DNA of 64,000 bases from a virus. Under the pieces are notes generated by a model, which saw only the letters and a list, made by a program, of their open reading frames with translations, was not told the DNA's origin and searched no databases. Of this stretch, positions 9,494 to 18,540 are shown one piece after another (the first letter of the stretch is position 1; each line of letters opens with the position of its first letter). The position numbers and the translations under genes are program-made. The stretch is taken from the IMG/VR virus record IMGVR_UViG_3300036401_000102, positions 2,723 to 66,722 of that record, one strand, 5' to 3'.

Positions 9494-10605
9494 TTTCCCG
9501 TCGCCAGCTACTTCGCTCATCGCTTGCTTCTGCCACTCTGATCGCCATGCCCGCTATCGCACGCGCATCTATCAATCCTCCATTCTGGTCGCCGAGCAAC
9601 GCCGACACAGCTTCGATCAATGCGGCTATCGCGCTCGCCGCGCCGACCGGCGGCGACGTGCTCTGCCCGGCTGGTGTCTACAGCGTGACCGGCAAGATCA
9701 TCGGCGCGCCTGGCGTGCATCTGCGCGGCTCGCGCAAGGGCACAATCATCCGGCTGACGTCGATGATGCAGGACTACCTGATCGACGGGGGTAGCCCGAA
9801 GTCCACCGCGCCGCCTCCATGCGACGGCTTTCAGGTTTCCAATATGACGCTTGACATGGGCGCATTCGATCCCGTCGACGATGATGGAAACACGGGCGGC
9901 AGCGGCGCAGTTTTCATCGCCGGGAATGCGAGTGCTGCGTTCAATCTGGATATTATCCACTGTGGTCGCTACGGCATCGTGTCGAACAACCTGATCACGC
10001 GCAATCTGCGCATCCAGGGCAACAACATAACGCGCGACGTTCCGACCGGAGCATCCACCAATATCGGCATCATGCTTCATGGTGACAGTCGCGCTCACCC
10101 GGAAAGCGCGAACTATCGGGCCTTCATTTGCGACAATTTCCTGTCCGGGACACCGATTACCCTGATGGTGAGAGACAGTTTCGTATCACGCAATCAGGTG
10201 ATCGGCTCAAAATACGGAGCTGGCATATGCTTTGACGCCAATGTCCAGTGCACCAACAATCTGATCGAGAGCAACATTTGCACTGACGGGGTCGGCACCG
10301 ACTACAACAACACGCGCGTGTCCGGGATCGAGTGCTGGGCCGTGTCCAGCGCGCTCAAGAACAACTATACGGCACGTAATTTCGGCCCCGGACTCGCTCA
10401 GGTTGGGTCGGACTGCGATATCATCGGCCACCGCGCCGACAGCAACCAAAGCGGCGGGATTATACTATTCGATTTTCCCGGTATGCTCGCGGCGGCGCGG
10501 TGCTTTGTTGACGGATGCAGGACGCAAGGAAACTCCCTCTATGGGTTTTTTGCTTCGGCATCAATCGCCCCGACGATCACGATGGGCAGCAATGATTTCA
10601 GATAA
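9490..10605 (+). CDS. Right-handed beta-helix (pectate-lyase-like) depolymerase with Tat signal
   Basis: SRRQLL twin-arginine leader ending ARA; 'DTASINAAI...GGDVLCPAGVY' beta-helix cap; Asn/Ile/Gly ladder repeats. Confidence 0.75.
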   Translation: MISRRQLLRSSLASATLIAMPAIARASINPPFWSPSNADTASINAAIALAAPTGGDVLCPAGVYSVTGKIIGAPGVHLRGSRKGTIIRLTSMMQDYLIDGGSPKSTAPPPCDGFQVSNMTLDMGAFDPVDDDGNTGGSGAVFIAGNASAAFNLDIIHCGRYGIVSNNLITRNLRIQGNNITRDVPTGASTNIGIMLHGDSRAHPESANYRAFICDNFLSGTPITLMVRDSFVSRNQVIGSKYGAGICFDANVQCTNNLIESNICTDGVGTDYNNTRVSGIECWAVSSALKNNYTARNFGPGLAQVGSDCDIIGHRADSNQSGGIILFDFPGMLAAARCFVDGCRTQGNSLYGFFASASIAPTITMGSNDFR

Positions 10606-10617
10606 CGAGGGACGAAC

Positions 10618-12078
10618 ATGATTCGCCGCACACTGGTCTCCGCTGCAGTTCTTCTATCCGTTATGCTTGGTGCGTCTGCCGCGCTTGCGTCGCAGGGCTC
10701 GGGTTGCATGCCGACCACGGGCACGGTGTCGGGCCTCACGCTCGTCACCGACATCAACGCCGGCATCAAGGCGCTGATCTCCAGTAATTCGGGGTCATCG
10801 GCCCCGGCGACGGACTGCAGCGGTCTATCGCTCGCGGGACAGTTCTGGCTCGACACATCGACCACGCCCTACGTGCTCAAAAACTACGACGGCACGTCGT
10901 GGCTCACGCTCGGCACGATGGACAACACGAACCACGTTTGGACCCCGCCGATCGGCGGCGGTACGAACTCGGTGACGGCGGCGGGCACGACGGATCTGTG
11001 CTCCGTGCCGCAGGGCTACGTCACGATATCGGGCAACACGACGATTACGGCGTTCGGTTCGTCCTGTGTCGCGGGCCAGATCAAATATCTGAACTTCACC
11101 GGAACGCCCCAGGTCACTTATAACGGGACGAGCCTGATCATTCCCGGTGCGGCCACGATCACGGTGGCGGCGGGAGATCAAGCCGTTGCGGCATACCTCG
11201 GCTCGGGAAACTGGCGCATCGTGTCTTATACCCCGACGTCGGGACAGGCGCTCGTCAACCCATCATTTCCAGCGGGCTTCGCTGCCTATGGTTTTGCGTT
11301 CACGGCACCGAGCGGATGGGCACTGTCATACGGGCAGAACGTCTCGCGCGCGACCTTTGCAACGCTGCTCTCCGCGACCACATTGGCGCAGAGTGGGGTG
11401 CGAACGTCTGGTAGCCCGATCATAACGAGCTTGAGCGATACGTCACAGTTTCGAGGTAACCAGCCGGTGGAGGGGACGGGCATCCCGGGCGGAACCCTGA
11501 TCCTCACGGTCGACAGCGGAACGCAAATCACGCTGAACGCCAACGCGACATCATCCGGAACGAGTACCGTAACAGTATTTCCGAACGGGAACGGCGACGG
11601 GTCGACCACATTCGGTCTTCCCGACTGCCGCAGCGTCGTGATGGCTGGGCGCGGCAATATGGGAGGGTCGAATCGCAACTTGTTGACTAACACTTACCTC
11701 CAAGCGTCCGGAACTGGCCTAGGCGCGTTCGGTGGAGTTGACCATCAGACAATCGGCACCGCAAATCTCCCTCCCTATACGCCCACTGGAAATGTTCAGT
11801 CTTTCACTCCGGCCGGAACTATAAGCGCCCCAACAATAACGCTCAGTGCGGCGGCGACCAATGTCGTTAATTCGTCTTCCGGTGGCGGTGCCAACCTCAC
11901 TGGCGGCGGCGGTGCGCTTCTTCAAGGCACAATCACAGCGTCAGCATCTACCCCCGTATTCACAGGCAACTTGCTGGCGCCAAACTTTATCGGCATCGCG
12001 CAGGGAGGCACGAGCACTCCTATCGCGACCGTGCAGCCGACCATCATCGCGAACTGCTTCATCAAACTGACGAACTGA
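10618..12078 (+). CDS. Tail fibre protein with tail-collar domain and N-terminal signal peptide
   Basis: APSGW...GQNVSRATFATL and GDGSTTFGLPD.R collar motifs; C-terminal 'VQPTIIANCFIK'; leader MIRRTLVSAAVLLSVMLGASAALA. Confidence 0.8.
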   Translation: MIRRTLVSAAVLLSVMLGASAALASQGSGCMPTTGTVSGLTLVTDINAGIKALISSNSGSSAPATDCSGLSLAGQFWLDTSTTPYVLKNYDGTSWLTLGTMDNTNHVWTPPIGGGTNSVTAAGTTDLCSVPQGYVTISGNTTITAFGSSCVAGQIKYLNFTGTPQVTYNGTSLIIPGAATITVAAGDQAVAAYLGSGNWRIVSYTPTSGQALVNPSFPAGFAAYGFAFTAPSGWALSYGQNVSRATFATLLSATTLAQSGVRTSGSPIITSLSDTSQFRGNQPVEGTGIPGGTLILTVDSGTQITLNANATSSGTSTVTVFPNGNGDGSTTFGLPDCRSVVMAGRGNMGGSNRNLLTNTYLQASGTGLGAFGGVDHQTIGTANLPPYTPTGNVQSFTPAGTISAPTITLSAAATNVVNSSSGGGANLTGGGGALLQGTITASASTPVFTGNLLAPNFIGIAQGGTSTPIATVQPTIIANCFIKLTN

Positions 12079-12081
12079 GCC

Positions 12082-12951
12082 ATGCGCCATCCCTTCGAGA
12101 CGTTGAAAGCCGATTATGCCGCGCTGTGGGCGTCGATGGTGTTCACGCGCACCGTGGAGATCGAGCGCGAGGCCGCGAAGCTGATCGGCTACCGCGACCG
12201 CTATGAGACCGTGTCGAACGCGACGCGCGTCCCGGTGATCTGGATCGCCGTGATCCACAATCGCGAGAGCAACGCGCGGTTCGATACCTACCTCGGCAAC
12301 GGGCAGGCGCTGGACAAGGTCACGACCATCGTGCCGAAGGGACGGGGACCGTGGGAAGGCGCCACGGCATGGCATGACGGCGCGGTTGATGCGATGCACC
12401 TCTTGGGGCTGGAAAAGGTCGCGGACCAGCCCGGCGGATGGTCGATCGAGCGGGCGCTATATCAGGCCGAACTCTGGAACGGGTTCGGGCCGCGCAACCA
12501 CGGCGTCAATACGGGCTACCTCTGGGCCGGAACGAATCAGTACGGGCCGCCGAGCGCCGCACCGGGGAAGTACGTGGCCGATGGGCGATGGGACGACCGC
12601 TACATTGATAGGCAGATCGGCGCGGCCCCGCTGATGCGGGCCATGGCCAAGATCGCGCCCGACCTCGCGCTCACCGGCATGGCTGTTGACGCAGCGCCCC
12701 GGCCCGCCGCCAAGACGCCGACGCCGGTCGGTATCGGCGGCATTCAGCACGATGCGGCGTGGGTGCAGCGCGCGCTGGTGAAGCTGGGCGCCGATATCGT
12801 TGTGGACGGATCCTACGGCAAGTGGACCGAGGCTGCGGTGCGAGAATTCCAAGAGCACGCCGCGCTTGACGTGGACGGCATCGCCGGCCCCAAGACGTTC
12901 GCTGCGCTTGAAAAGGCATTGACAGACAAGTTCCAGACAGCCGAAGTATAG
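12082..12951 (+). CDS. Endolysin (lysozyme-like domain plus C-terminal peptidoglycan-binding domain)
   Basis: IHNRES, E.WNGFG, YLWAGT.QY..GKYVADG; C-terminal VDGSYG..TEAAVREFQ...L.VDGIAGPKT. Confidence 0.9.
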   Translation: MRHPFETLKADYAALWASMVFTRTVEIEREAAKLIGYRDRYETVSNATRVPVIWIAVIHNRESNARFDTYLGNGQALDKVTTIVPKGRGPWEGATAWHDGAVDAMHLLGLEKVADQPGGWSIERALYQAELWNGFGPRNHGVNTGYLWAGTNQYGPPSAAPGKYVADGRWDDRYIDRQIGAAPLMRAMAKIAPDLALTGMAVDAAPRPAAKTPTPVGIGGIQHDAAWVQRALVKLGADIVVDGSYGKWTEAAVREFQEHAALDVDGIAGPKTFAALEKALTDKFQTAEV

Positions 12952-12954
12952 CGC

Positions 12955-13134
12955 ATGACGCTGATCGCTATCCTCAAAGTTGCATGCGGCGCGGCCGGTG
13001 GTCTCGGGTTCGCATGGGTTTGGGGGTCGCTGGACAAGATCGGGCTTGGCCTGATCGGCGCACCTTCCGTCGAATCCTGCTTTCTCGTCGGCGTTCCGTC
13101 GCTTTTGCTCGGGACGGTTGCTCTCGTCTTGTAG
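12955..13134 (+). CDS. Small membrane protein (holin/antiholin candidate)
   Basis: 59-aa hydrophobic ORF read manually (MTLIAILKVACGAAGG...LLLGTVALVL) directly after the endolysin. Confidence 0.5.
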   Translation: MTLIAILKVACGAAGGLGFAWVWGSLDKIGLGLIGAPSVESCFLVGVPSLLLGTVALVL

Positions 13135-13163
13135 GCTCACACGTTCAACAAAGGATTACGCCC

Positions 13164-13901
13164 ATGTTCCGTCGCCTGATCACCGCCGCAGCGATGCTGT
13201 GTATCGTCTCCGCTCCCGCGTTCGCCGGGTCTGATAGCAAACTGCTGGCTTCGTTCCTGCCCATCTCGTCGGCCGAAGCGCAGACCGCCGCGCCACAGGC
13301 CCCGCTCGTCATCTCCAATCCATCGCCGGCAGCCACGACCACATCGACCGGCACGGTCACACCCACGTCAACGGTCACTGTGCCCCCGTCCGCGAACCCG
13401 ACGACTGTCGTGGTGCCGTCGACATCGGCGACCGAGACGCCGGCATGGCTGAACGGCGTTGCGCTGTTCGGCATCGCCATCACCATGGCTCTTGTCGGCT
13501 TTGGCATCGTGACGTTCAACAAGAAGATGGGGCTGGACCAGAATGCGTCCGTCATCGCGATCGAGACCCAGGCCCGCGACGCGCTGCACACCGCGCTGAC
13601 CAGCCTCGCAGGCCGCGTGCTGGTCGAACTTGGCCCGAAGGTCAATCAGGCGATCATGAACATTCAGAACCCGCTGATTCGGCAGGCCGCGCAGGATCTG
13701 CCCAACATGGCAGGTGACGCGCTCGCCATGTTCGGGATCACCAGTTCGGACGTGATGGCGCAGAAGATCATCGACAAGATCGGCGTCTTGACCGCGTCGA
13801 ACCCGACCGTGTTCCCGACGAGCAACCCGGCCGCCGCTCAGGCGCCCGCGCCGGTCTTGGCCAAGCCCGCCGTGGTGCCGGCCGCCGCTCCGGCGGCGTA
13901 A
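13164..13901 (+). CDS. Membrane protein of the lysis cassette (signal peptide, S/T/P-rich linker, TM helix; holin-like)
   Basis: MFRRLITAAAMLCIVSAPAFA leader, TM segment LNGVALFGIAITMALVGFGIV, position in cassette. Confidence 0.6.
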   Translation: MFRRLITAAAMLCIVSAPAFAGSDSKLLASFLPISSAEAQTAAPQAPLVISNPSPAATTTSTGTVTPTSTVTVPPSANPTTVVVPSTSATETPAWLNGVALFGIAITMALVGFGIVTFNKKMGLDQNASVIAIETQARDALHTALTSLAGRVLVELGPKVNQAIMNIQNPLIRQAAQDLPNMAGDALAMFGITSSDVMAQKIIDKIGVLTASNPTVFPTSNPAAAQAPAPVLAKPAVVPAAAPAA

Positions 13902-13905
13902 CGCC

Positions 13906-14163
13906 ATGCTGGCATCGATCGGGGCCAGCGCAGCGGCGTGGATGGCATCGCAGGGCGTCGGGCTCTTGCTCGGCTTCTTGGGCACCCTCATCAAGAACTG
14001 GATGGACGGGCAGCGCGCGGCTGCGGCCCAGGAGCAGCTTGGGGCGACCCGGGCTGCGAACGCGGTCAACGCCGAGACCGCCGCTGCGGAGCGCCGCGCC
14101 GCCGCTGTGGTGCCGCTGGATAGCGCCGCGACGGTGGACGCCCTCAATAAGGGAGCCTTCTGA
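13906..14163 (+). CDS. Inner-membrane spanin-like protein
   Basis: N-terminal TM followed by an Ala-rich helix; stop overlaps the start of a lipoprotein gene. Confidence 0.6.
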   Translation: MLASIGASAAAWMASQGVGLLLGFLGTLIKNWMDGQRAAAAQEQLGATRAANAVNAETAAAERRAAAVVPLDSAATVDALNKGAF

Positions 14164-14426
14164 TGTGGCGTATCGTCGCGCTTGTCTGCGCCGCCGTGGC
14201 CCTACCGGGATGCGCCATGCTCCAGACCCTGACCGAGCCCGGCGCCACGGTGGTGATCGCAAAGGTCCAGTGCCCGCCGCTCAAGACTTACGCAGCCGAT
14301 TTCCAGACCAAGGCAGCGGCGGAACGGAAGGCGCTGCCGGCGGGTTCTGCTGTCGGCACGTTGGTGGACGACTACGGCACGACGCGTGCAAAGTGCCGCG
14401 CCTACGAGGCCAAGCCTGCCCTTTAG
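14163..14426 (+). CDS. Outer-membrane spanin-like lipoprotein
   Basis: Lipobox LPG-C; 'CPPLKTY' and a C-terminal Cys. Confidence 0.7.
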   Translation: MWRIVALVCAAVALPGCAMLQTLTEPGATVVIAKVQCPPLKTYAADFQTKAAAERKALPAGSAVGTLVDDYGTTRAKCRAYEAKPAL

Positions 14427-14507
14427 TTGCGTGAATATATTTTTCACGCCTCGGTCGGTTTCTGCGTAGGATGTTCGGTAATATACTCCAGACCGCCGGA
14501 ACGCCCG

Positions 14508-14831
14508 ATGCTTGATTTGTCTCCCGAGTTTTGGAAGTGGATCGGCGGACAGATCGGCGTTCTGGTCATCGCTTACTTTGGCTTGAAGCAAACCGTCGCG
14601 GTCCTATCGACAAGGCACGATTCTTTGGAACAGAAGTTCGACGCAGAGAACAAGGAAATAAAAGAAAAGCTTGAGACGCTCAGCGACCTTCTTGTGAAAT
14701 CGGCCCGTTATGAGGAACGGCAGGCTCGCGCGGACGAGCATATTCTTTTGATCAGGAAAGACCTCGATGATATCAAGCATTACAAAGGGTTCGTCACAAG
14801 CGGCCCGGTCATCCCTCCGAGCGTTTCATAG
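14508..14831 (+). CDS. Membrane-anchored coiled-coil protein
   Basis: N-terminal TM then a heptad-like charged helix. Confidence 0.6.
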   Translation: MLDLSPEFWKWIGGQIGVLVIAYFGLKQTVAVLSTRHDSLEQKFDAENKEIKEKLETLSDLLVKSARYEERQARADEHILLIRKDLDDIKHYKGFVTSGPVIPPSVS

Positions 14832-15303
14832 GAGCATCGTGGTTCCGGCCACAGCAGCGATCATCGTCACGGCGGGCGTCATCGTCTGGCACACGGTCAT
14901 CGCGGCCCCTGCCCTCTCATTCGGAAACCATGGCGCGGTCCACTTCGAGGACGCCGCGATCTCGGCCGGCAGCGAACCCAAGGTCTGCTTTGATGAAGTC
15001 GAGTGGAAGCGGATATGCCCCGGCCAGACGTTCGCCGACCTCACTCCGCTGAACGTCTCTGATCGCAACGCCAAGATGATCAACCTTGACCCGCACACAA
15101 TCTCCACACCACTCTCGGTCGGGAAACTACCGCCGAAATGTCGCGGCACGAAGGTTCCAGGTGGTCTGGCGCCGGGGGTATGGCGGCTATCCGGACACGC
15201 CACCAACATCTGCTCGATGTGGTTGCCGTTGGTCGGAGAGTTCACCGTGTCGGTGGTTGCGGTAATGCCGGAATCTCTGGTGACGATCAAGGCTGCGCCC
15301 TAG
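14767..15303 (+). CDS. Exported/membrane-anchored hypothetical protein (start uncertain)
   Basis: Hydrophobic N-region and paired cysteines. Confidence 0.5.
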   Translation: MISSITKGSSQAARSSLRAFHRSIVVPATAAIIVTAGVIVWHTVIAAPALSFGNHGAVHFEDAAISAGSEPKVCFDEVEWKRICPGQTFADLTPLNVSDRNAKMINLDPHTISTPLSVGKLPPKCRGTKVPGGLAPGVWRLSGHATNICSMWLPLVGEFTVSVVAVMPESLVTIKAAP

Positions 15304-16118
15304 CAGTCGACGCCACCGCCGATTCTCTCGCACCATAATTTCCACGGCACGACGCGCTCGATCTTGACGACGCGCGGTCCGATGTCGGCCAGCGGGGGCT
15401 CTGGCGCCGGATCTCGCTTGTGCGCCTTGATGATGTAACGCTGTTTGCGCGCGTCGGCTGTGGCCGGGGCCAGCAGCAAAGCAGCGATGAGCGCGGCGCG
15501 AATCACTGCGCCCCATCCATCGCGTCATTGATCAGGCTCCCCATATTAGCGAGGATCGACATGAGCCGGACGCACTCGTCACGCTCGGCGTTGCGCTGCA
15601 TGTTGGCGGTGTTCAGTTCGGACTGCATCTGCGTGACGCGAGCTTCGAGTTGGTCGGCACGAGCGAGCGCATGAGCCAAGTCGTCGCGCGCCCTGCGCTC
15701 ACTGTCTCGCAGATTTCCGATCAACGTTGAGAACCGAAGCGCGCTCTGTTCGATCTCGTCCGATACTGCGGTGACACTGGTCTCGCTCGGAAGCGGTCGG
15801 TGCGGTCGACTTACGAACGAACGAACGCGGACGTGTTCGGCGCGGGGGGCATCTTGCTGCTGCGATTCAAATTCCTGCGCGGTGGCGTCATTCATGCGGT
15901 GTTCCTTTGGTCCGTTGTGATGTGGTTAGCGCGGCACGCCCGGCCACGAACCGACAGTACCGATAGAATGTGCCCTGATAGGATTTCCGCATTGCTGGAT
16001 CAGACATGCGATCAACTGCCCATACATGAAGATCGCAAGCAGAGCGGTGCATCATAAAAGCAGCGAAACACATCCCCGCCGCGCAGAGGATCATGGTAGC
16101 CATTAAAACTTTCATCAT
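15300..16118 (-). CDS. Three small coupled hypothetical genes (15888-16118, 15503-15895 coiled coil, 15300-15506 secreted peptide)
   Basis: Overlapping start/stop chain at the end of the leftward operon. Confidence 0.6.
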
Positions 16119-16630
16119 TCTGTGCCTCGTTGATGGATGTTAAGCGTGGCAGGCTCCAGAATGAAGCAGGCGATGTGTCGCCCGGTACCCTTACCTCGAG
16201 ATCCATCTTCGGTCGCGAGCCACCGCACATCGCCAAGATTGCGCACGCTGGCGTGGTCGCCGAGGATCGCCTTGAGCAGCATCAGCACCCATTTGTCGAT
16301 CGGGTAGACCAGCACGACGCGCTTGCCCTTCTGCCACTCGACAATCGCCTTGCGGACCCAAGCTGTCGGGCCTTTCTTCTTGCCCTCATGCATGATGGAT
16401 CCGAAGGGAGGATTGACGTAGTTCGACGCTCCCCACTCACAGGTGAGTCCGTCAAATCCTTCTGGGAGCGGAAACGGACACAGATCGAAATCGAACGGCC
16501 CAAACTCCGCCTCAAGATCCGCCAGCATCTTCGGCGGCGTTAGCCAATAGTGCTTGCCGTCGTCGCCGTTGCCGACGTGGAATTTGTTCTCGGCCGGCGC
16601 GAGCTGCGATTGGTGGGCGATGTCGGTCAT
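16115..16630 (-). CDS. Phage DNA N6-adenine methyltransferase (Dam-like)
   Basis: W.TP, FDFDLCP, DGL..W and catalytic NPPF motifs. Confidence 0.8.
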   Translation of the reverse strand: MTDIAHQSQLAPAENKFHVGNGDDGKHYWLTPPKMLADLEAEFGPFDFDLCPFPLPEGFDGLTCEWGASNYVNPPFGSIMHEGKKKGPTAWVRKAIVEWQKGKRVVLVYPIDKWVLMLLKAILGDHASVRNLGDVRWLATEDGSRGKGTGRHIACFILEPATLNIHQRGTE

Positions 16631-16935
16631 GTGGCGCGTTTATCCTGCGTGACCGCGCCTTCAACTCCATCGAGCACAAGACGCATGAGGCGCACCCCCA
16701 AATCCCCGATCATTAAAGTTGCCAGTTGCTCGCGGGGCATTTCGAGCATCCGCTCAGTCCCGAACCGCTTGGCAAAGCAGCGCCCATGCCAGAAACCATC
16801 TCCGCTGCTGAGCATGCTGTTTTTGCCGCCGAGTTCCTGGCACTCAGAGCAGGTTCGCCACAAGCGAATCTCATGACACGTCTTCATCGGCAACAGTTTG
16901 TCGAACGGTCGCTGGCCTTTTTCAAATCGTGCCAT
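16627..16935 (-). CDS. Hypothetical zinc-binding protein
   Basis: CSEC and HGRC motifs; translationally coupled. Confidence 0.6.
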   Translation of the reverse strand: MARFEKGQRPFDKLLPMKTCHEIRLWRTCSECQELGGKNSMLSSGDGFWHGRCFAKRFGTERMLEMPREQLATLMIGDLGVRLMRLVLDGVEGAVTQDKRAT

Positions 16936-17680
16936 CGGTGCCCCGCTTCTGGGATGATATTGCGGCTCTCATGATTGCCCGCCCGATCGCTTCCGGGATT
17001 TGCGGGACGACGGCGTTCCCGAGGCCGTGTATACGGGCGCGCTCCATCGTAACGGAAAGCCCATCATCAGCTCGTAAGCTGTGGCAATAAGCTTCCAGTT
17101 CAACCCGCGTTCTAATAGCCTGGTGGCGGCGCTCGGCTGATGGCGTTGCCTCGATGCCAAGTGAACTGAGGTACTGGAAACGTCTTTGCCGTCCCTCGCG
17201 TTGGGGCTCGGCAACAATCCAGACCCGCTCACGGATGAAGGGTAGTCCGACATCGAGGCCGCGAAGCACTCGCCACTCAGCATCATACCCGAGGTCGGCC
17301 AGCGTTCCGAGAACTCTTCCCATCCCTCGATTAAGCAGCTCTGCGACGTTCTCCACGATGACGAACCGCGGTCGTAGTTCGCCAATAATTCTGGCGTACT
17401 CGAACCATAGTCCGCTGCGGGCACCATCGAGGCCGGCGCCTGTAACATTGGAAATTGACACGTCCTGGCAGGGGAAGCCGCCACAGATAAGGTCGACAGG
17501 TCCAACATCGCGACCTCGGAGGGTGGTGATATCTTTATGGATCGGAATGTCCGGCCAGTTTTCGGAAAGGATGGCCTGGCACCAAGGGTCGATTTCGCAG
17601 AACGCGACGGTTCGCATTCCGGCTCGTTCGAGCCCGAGGCTGAAACCGCCAATCCCGCTGAAAAGGTCGAGGACATTCAT
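16922..17680 (-). CDS. dcm: DNA (cytosine-5) methyltransferase, large (alpha) polypeptide
   Basis: Motif I DLFSGIGG, IV GGFPCQD, VI ENV, VIII RERVW, X LGNAVVPQ; no recognisable motif IX. Confidence 0.92.
   Translation of the reverse strand: MNVLDLFSGIGGFSLGLERAGMRTVAFCEIDPWCQAILSENWPDIPIHKDITTLRGRDVGPVDLICGGFPCQDVSISNVTGAGLDGARSGLWFEYARIIGELRPRFVIVENVAELLNRGMGRVLGTLADLGYDAEWRVLRGLDVGLPFIRERVWIVAEPQREGRQRRFQYLSSLGIEATPSAERRHQAIRTRVELEAYCHSLRADDGLSVTMERARIHGLGNAVVPQIPEAIGRAIMRAAISSQKRGTDGTI
16969..17508 (-). CDS. Putative nested beta polypeptide of the C5 methyltransferase (alternative frame)
   Basis: Frame is open across the whole dcm gene; contains LLPSPNARDGK and ends ELMMGFPLRWS (motif IX-like); GAGGT SD before the ATG at 17508. 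Confidence 0.6.
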   Translation of the reverse strand: MLDLSTLSVAASPARTCQFPMLQAPASMVPAADYGSSTPELLANYDRGSSSWRTSQSCLIEGWEEFSERWPTSGMMLSGECFAASMSDYPSSVSGSGLLPSPNARDGKDVSSTSVHLASRQRHQPSAATRLLERGLNWKLIATAYELMMGFPLRWSAPVYTASGTPSSRKSRKRSGGQS

Positions 17681-18060
17681 TTGGTCCGTTCATCGGCGAT
17701 TACTGCTACGGGCGGACGGGCTCTGAGGGCGGCATATGCCGAATCCAGAACCGCCATGCCTTCTCGATACAAATCGGCTTCCGCAGATTTTTCTGAAACA
17801 AGATCAAATTCGTCTCTCGCTTCGGTACAATTTGCGTACATCCGCCACTGCCGCAGCGCAGTATCCAGAGCTGAACACAATCGCTCCGTGCTGATGTCCT
17901 GCCACTCCTGCGCGGCCGGAATGGCCTTCATGCGCCGGTCTAGGTCAACGAGATCTGGCGCGCGGACATATCTGCTGCCCGGCGTATCCCACAAATTCCG
18001 ATCCCACTCGTTGAGAAGCGCAACGGCGTCTTCAGCAATTGCTTTGAACGTGTCGTCCAT
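17677..18060 (-). CDS. Hypothetical protein
   Basis: ORF starting MDDTFK with GGAGGG SD; stop coupled to the dcm start. Confidence 0.6.
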   Translation of the reverse strand: MDDTFKAIAEDAVALLNEWDRNLWDTPGSRYVRAPDLVDLDRRMKAIPAAQEWQDISTERLCSALDTALRQWRMYANCTEARDEFDLVSEKSAEADLYREGMAVLDSAYAALRARPPVAVIADERTK

Positions 18061-18077
18061 CTCACCCTCCGGCGCGT

Positions 18078-18521
18078 TTATTCGGCATGACTGCGCCGCT
18101 CCAAGATGAGCAGACCTCCGCGGGTTGTTCCGCAGCGTCTCCATCCAGCGGCCACAAAGCAGAAGCCCGGATTGCGGCTCCTGACTGCTTGCGAATTGAC
18201 GTATGTGTAGTGCCTCTCACGAGGCCAGCAGAAATCAGCAACGGCGTCAGCCTGTCGGATAAGCTCGGAAGATAGGTGGCGGCTTTCGTTTCGGAAGACG
18301 GCGCAGTTGATGCCTTCTTGCTTCGGGATCGCGTCGTCAATGAACTTTCGCCAGACGAACATGGCGTCGGCATCGCCTGTCCGAAGAACGACGTGTTCTC
18401 CGGGACCGACGAACTGGCTTCGCTTGCGACCGTCAGCGTAACGGTTGCAGCTGTAGTGCCGTTCGTAGAGTTCGAGGCAGGAGACATCGCCATCCTTCGT
18501 CACGTACCAGAGTGGTTCCAT
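18078..18521 (-). CDS. Conserved phage protein, possibly Mom/GNAT-like DNA-modifying acyltransferase
   Basis: RHYS, CAVFRNES..LSSELI, TYV and NPGFCFVAAGW; the last resembles the Mom-family G..y.aagW motif. Confidence 0.45.
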   Translation of the reverse strand: MEPLWYVTKDGDVSCLELYERHYSCNRYADGRKRSQFVGPGEHVVLRTGDADAMFVWRKFIDDAIPKQEGINCAVFRNESRHLSSELIRQADAVADFCWPRERHYTYVNSQAVRSRNPGFCFVAAGWRRCGTTRGGLLILERRSHAE

Positions 18522-18540
18522 TCAGTCCGCTATCTCGACA

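Noticed and set aside
7570-12078. Diversity-generating retroelement or invertible fibre cassette
   Set aside because: No reverse transcriptase, invertase or template/variable repeat pair seen
14429-14449. Palindrome GCGTGAA-N7-TTCACGC after the spanin genes
   Set aside because: Single occurrence; could be a weak terminator or operator, with too little support for a call
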